DNA from: Octopus sinensis
Taxonomy: Eukaryota
Assembly: GCF_006345805.1 (NCBI RefSeq)
Contig: NW_021833252.1
Location: 1-64,000, forward strand
Length of the DNA stretch: 64,000 nucleotides
Direction of reading: 5' to 3'
Below are positions 60,801 to 64,000 of the stretch, in pieces. The notes under the pieces are model-generated. The model ran no database searches and was not told the origin of the DNA. It was given only the letters and a program-made list of their open reading frames with translations. Every line of letters begins with the position of its first letter. Positions within the stretch are counted from its first letter, which is position 1. The translations under genes and the position numbers were made by a program.

Positions 60801-63800
60801 TTTTCCTTTTGAACGGCACACAATTTCTAGGTAACTAAACACTTTTAAACTTCGTAAACTGGTAGATTGTTTGTATAAAACATCTTTTTCTCTTGGCTTT
60901 ATTGACAAAATTCTATAGTGGATCTTTTCCTTTTGAACGGCTCACAATTTCTAGTTAACTAAACACATTTTAACTTCGTATACTGGTAGAATGTGTTTAT
61001 AAAACATGTTTTTCTCTTGGCTTTATTGAGAAAATTCTATAGTGGATCTTTTCCTTTTGAACGGCACACAATTTCTAGTTAACTAAACACTTTTAAACTT
61101 CGTATACTGGTAGAATGTGTTTATAAAACATCTTTTTCTCTTGGCTTTATTGAGAAAATTCTATAGTGGATTTTTTCCTTTTGAACGGTACACAATTTGT
61201 AATTAACAAAGCACTTTTAAACTTCGTATACTGGTAGAATGTGTTTATAAAACATCTTTTTCTCTTGGCTTTATTGAGAAAATTCTATAGTGGATTTTTT
61301 CCTTTTGAACGGTACACAATTTGTAATTAACAAAGCACTTTTAAACTTCGTATACTGGTAGAATGTGTTTATAAAACATCTTTTTCTCTTGGCTTTATTG
61401 AGAAAATTCTGTAGTGGATTTTTTCCTTTTGAACGGTACACAATTTGTAATTAACAAAGCACTTTTAAACTTCGTATACTGGTAGAATGTGTTTATAAAA
61501 CATCTTTTTCTCGTGGCTTTATTGAGAAAATTCTATAGTGGATTTTTTCCATTTGAACGGTACACAATTTCTAGTTAACAAAACGCTTTGAAACTTCGTA
61601 TACTGGTAGAATGTGTTTGTAAAACATCTTTTTCTCTTGGCTTTATTGAGAAAATTCTATCGTGGATCTTTTCCTTTTGAACGAAATACAATTTCTTGTT
61701 AACTAAACACTTTTAAACTTCGTATACTGGTAGATTGTTTTTATAAAACATCTTTTTCTCTTGGCTTTATTGAGAAAATTCTATAGTGGATTTTTTCCTT
61801 TTGCACGGTACACAATTTGTAATTACAAAAAACACTTTTAAACTTCGTATACTGGTAGAATGTGTTTATAAAACATCTTTTTCTCTTGGCTTTATTGAGA
61901 AAACTCTATAGTGGGATCTTTCTCCTTTTGAACGGTACACAATTTGTATTAACTAAACACTTTTAAACTTCGTATACTGGAGAATGTGTTAAAACATCTT
62001 TTCTCTTGGCTTTATTGAGAAAATTCTATAGTGGTTTTTTCCTTTTGAACGGTACACAATTAGTAATTAACAAAGCACTTTTAAACTTCGTATACTGGTA
62101 GAATGTGTTTATAAAACATCTTTTTCTCTTGGCTTTATTGAGAAAATTCTATAGTGGATTTTTCCTTTTGAACGGTACACAATTTGTAATTAACAAAGCA
62201 CTTTTAAACTTCGTATACTGGTAGAATGTGTGTTTATAAAACATCTTTTTCTCTTGGCTTTATTGAGAAAATTCTATAGTTGATTTTTTCCTTTTGACTG
62301 GTACACAATTTGTAATTAACAAAGTACTTTTAAACTTCGTATACTGGTAGAATGTATTTATAAAACATATTTTTTCTCTGGCTTTATTAGAAAATTCTAT
62401 AGTGGATTTTTTCCTTTTGAAAGGTACACAATTTGTAATTAACAAAAAGCACTTTTAAACTTCGTATACTGGTAGAATGTGTTTATAAAACATCTTTTCT
62501 CTTGGCTTTATTGAGAAAATTCTATAGTGGATTTTTCCTTTTGAACGGTACACATTTGTAATTAACAAAACACTTTTAAACTTCGTATACTGGTAGAATG
62601 TGTTTATAAAACATCTTTTTCTCTTGGCTTTATTGACAAAATTCTATAGTGGATTTTTTCCTTTTGAACGGTACACAATTGTAATTAACAAAGCACTTTT
62701 AAACTTCGTATACTGGTAGAATGTGTTTATAAAACATCTTTTTTCTCTGGCTTTGATTTAGAAAATTCTATAGTGGATTTTACCTTTTGAACGGTACACA
62801 ATTTGTCGTTAACTAAACACTTTTAAACTTCGTATACTGGTAGAATGTGTTTATAAAACATCTTTTCTCTTGGCTTTTTTGAGAAAGTTCTATAGTGGAT
62901 CTTTTCCTTTTGAACGGCACACAATTTCTAAGGTAACTAAACACTTTTAACTTCGTATACTGGTAGATGTTGTTGTATAAAACATCTTTTCTCTGGCTTT
63001 ATTGAGAAAATTCTATAGTGGATCTTTTCCTTTTGAACGGCTCACAATTTTTAGTTAACTAAACACATTTTAACTTCGTATACTGGTAGAATGTGTTTAT
63101 AAAACATGTTTTCTCTTGGCTTTATTGAGAAAATTCTATAGTGGATCTTTTCCTTTTGAACGGCACACATTTCTAGTTAACTAAACACTTTTAAACTTCG
63201 TATACTGGTAGAATGTGTTTATAAAACATCTTTTTCTCTTGGCTTTATTGAGAAAATTCTATAGTGGATTTTTTCCTTTTGAACGGTACACAATTTGTAA
63301 TTAACAAAGCACTTTTAAACTTCGTATACTAGTAGTGGTAGAATGTGTTTATAAAACATCTTTTTCTCTTGGCTTTATTGAGAAAATTCTATAGTGGATT
63401 TTTCCTTTTGAACGGTACACAATTTGTAATTAACAAAGCACTTTTAAACTTCGTATACTGGTAGAATGTGTTATAAAACATCTTTTTCTTTGGCTTTATT
63501 GAGAAAATTCTATAGTGGATCTTTTCCTTTTGAACGGTACACAATTTGTAATTAACAAAGCACTTTTAAACTTGGGATACTGGTAGAATGTGTTTATAAA
63601 ACATCTTTTTCTCTTGGCTTTATTGAGAAAATTCTATAGTGGATTTTTTCCTTTTGAACGGTACACAATTTGTAATTAACAAAGCACTTTTATACTTCGT
63701 ATACTGGTAGAATGTGTTTATAAAACATCTTTTTCTCTTGGCTTTATTGAGAAAATTCTATAGTGGATTTTTTCCTTTTGAACGGTACACAATTTGTAAT

Positions 63801-64000
63801 TAACAAAGTACTTTTAAACTTCGTATACTGGTAGAATGTATTTATAAAACATATTTTTTCTCTTGGCTTTATTGAGAAAGTTCTATAGTGGACCTTTTCC
63901 TTTTGAACGGCACACAATTTCTAGTTAACTAAACACTTTTAAACTTCGTAAACTGGTAGATTGTTTGTATAAAACATCTTTTTCTCTTGGCTTTATTGAG
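42857..64000. repeat. Satellite 2: 124-bp AT-rich monomer, about 170 units, continues past the window end
   Basis: 124-bp period (43621 to 43745, 61141 to 61265). The monomer matches the terminal segment of the MITE. Confidence 0.97.

Overview
Eukaryotic, almost entirely repetitive DNA. The SINE repertoire and the density of compound microsatellites point to an octopus (coleoid cephalopod) genome, which is an inference. No host gene can be firmly called. 1-33.5 kb is a mosaic of microsatellites, three tRNA-derived SINE families (two copies carry internal tandem amplifications inside a single TSD pair), non-autonomous Helitrons, MITEs, and mariner, RTE and CR1 remnants. At 11.0-20.8 kb is a cluster of four young L1/Tx1-type LINE copies (APE endonuclease, RT, C-terminal CCHC finger). 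Every one of their 5' and 3' junctions lies in (TATC)n on the element's sense strand, so this looks like a GATA/TATC-microsatellite-targeted retrotransposon. One copy has a twin-priming-type 5' inversion, and one SINE family shares about 50 nt of 3' end with the LINE. 33.5-64 kb holds two satellite arrays whose parent transposons sit at the array edges: a 120/106-bp satellite made from a Helitron 3' terminus plus flank, and a 124-bp satellite (>21 kb, runs off the window) made from a MITE terminal inverted repeat. Both show higher-order repeat structure. All alignments and counts were done by eye.
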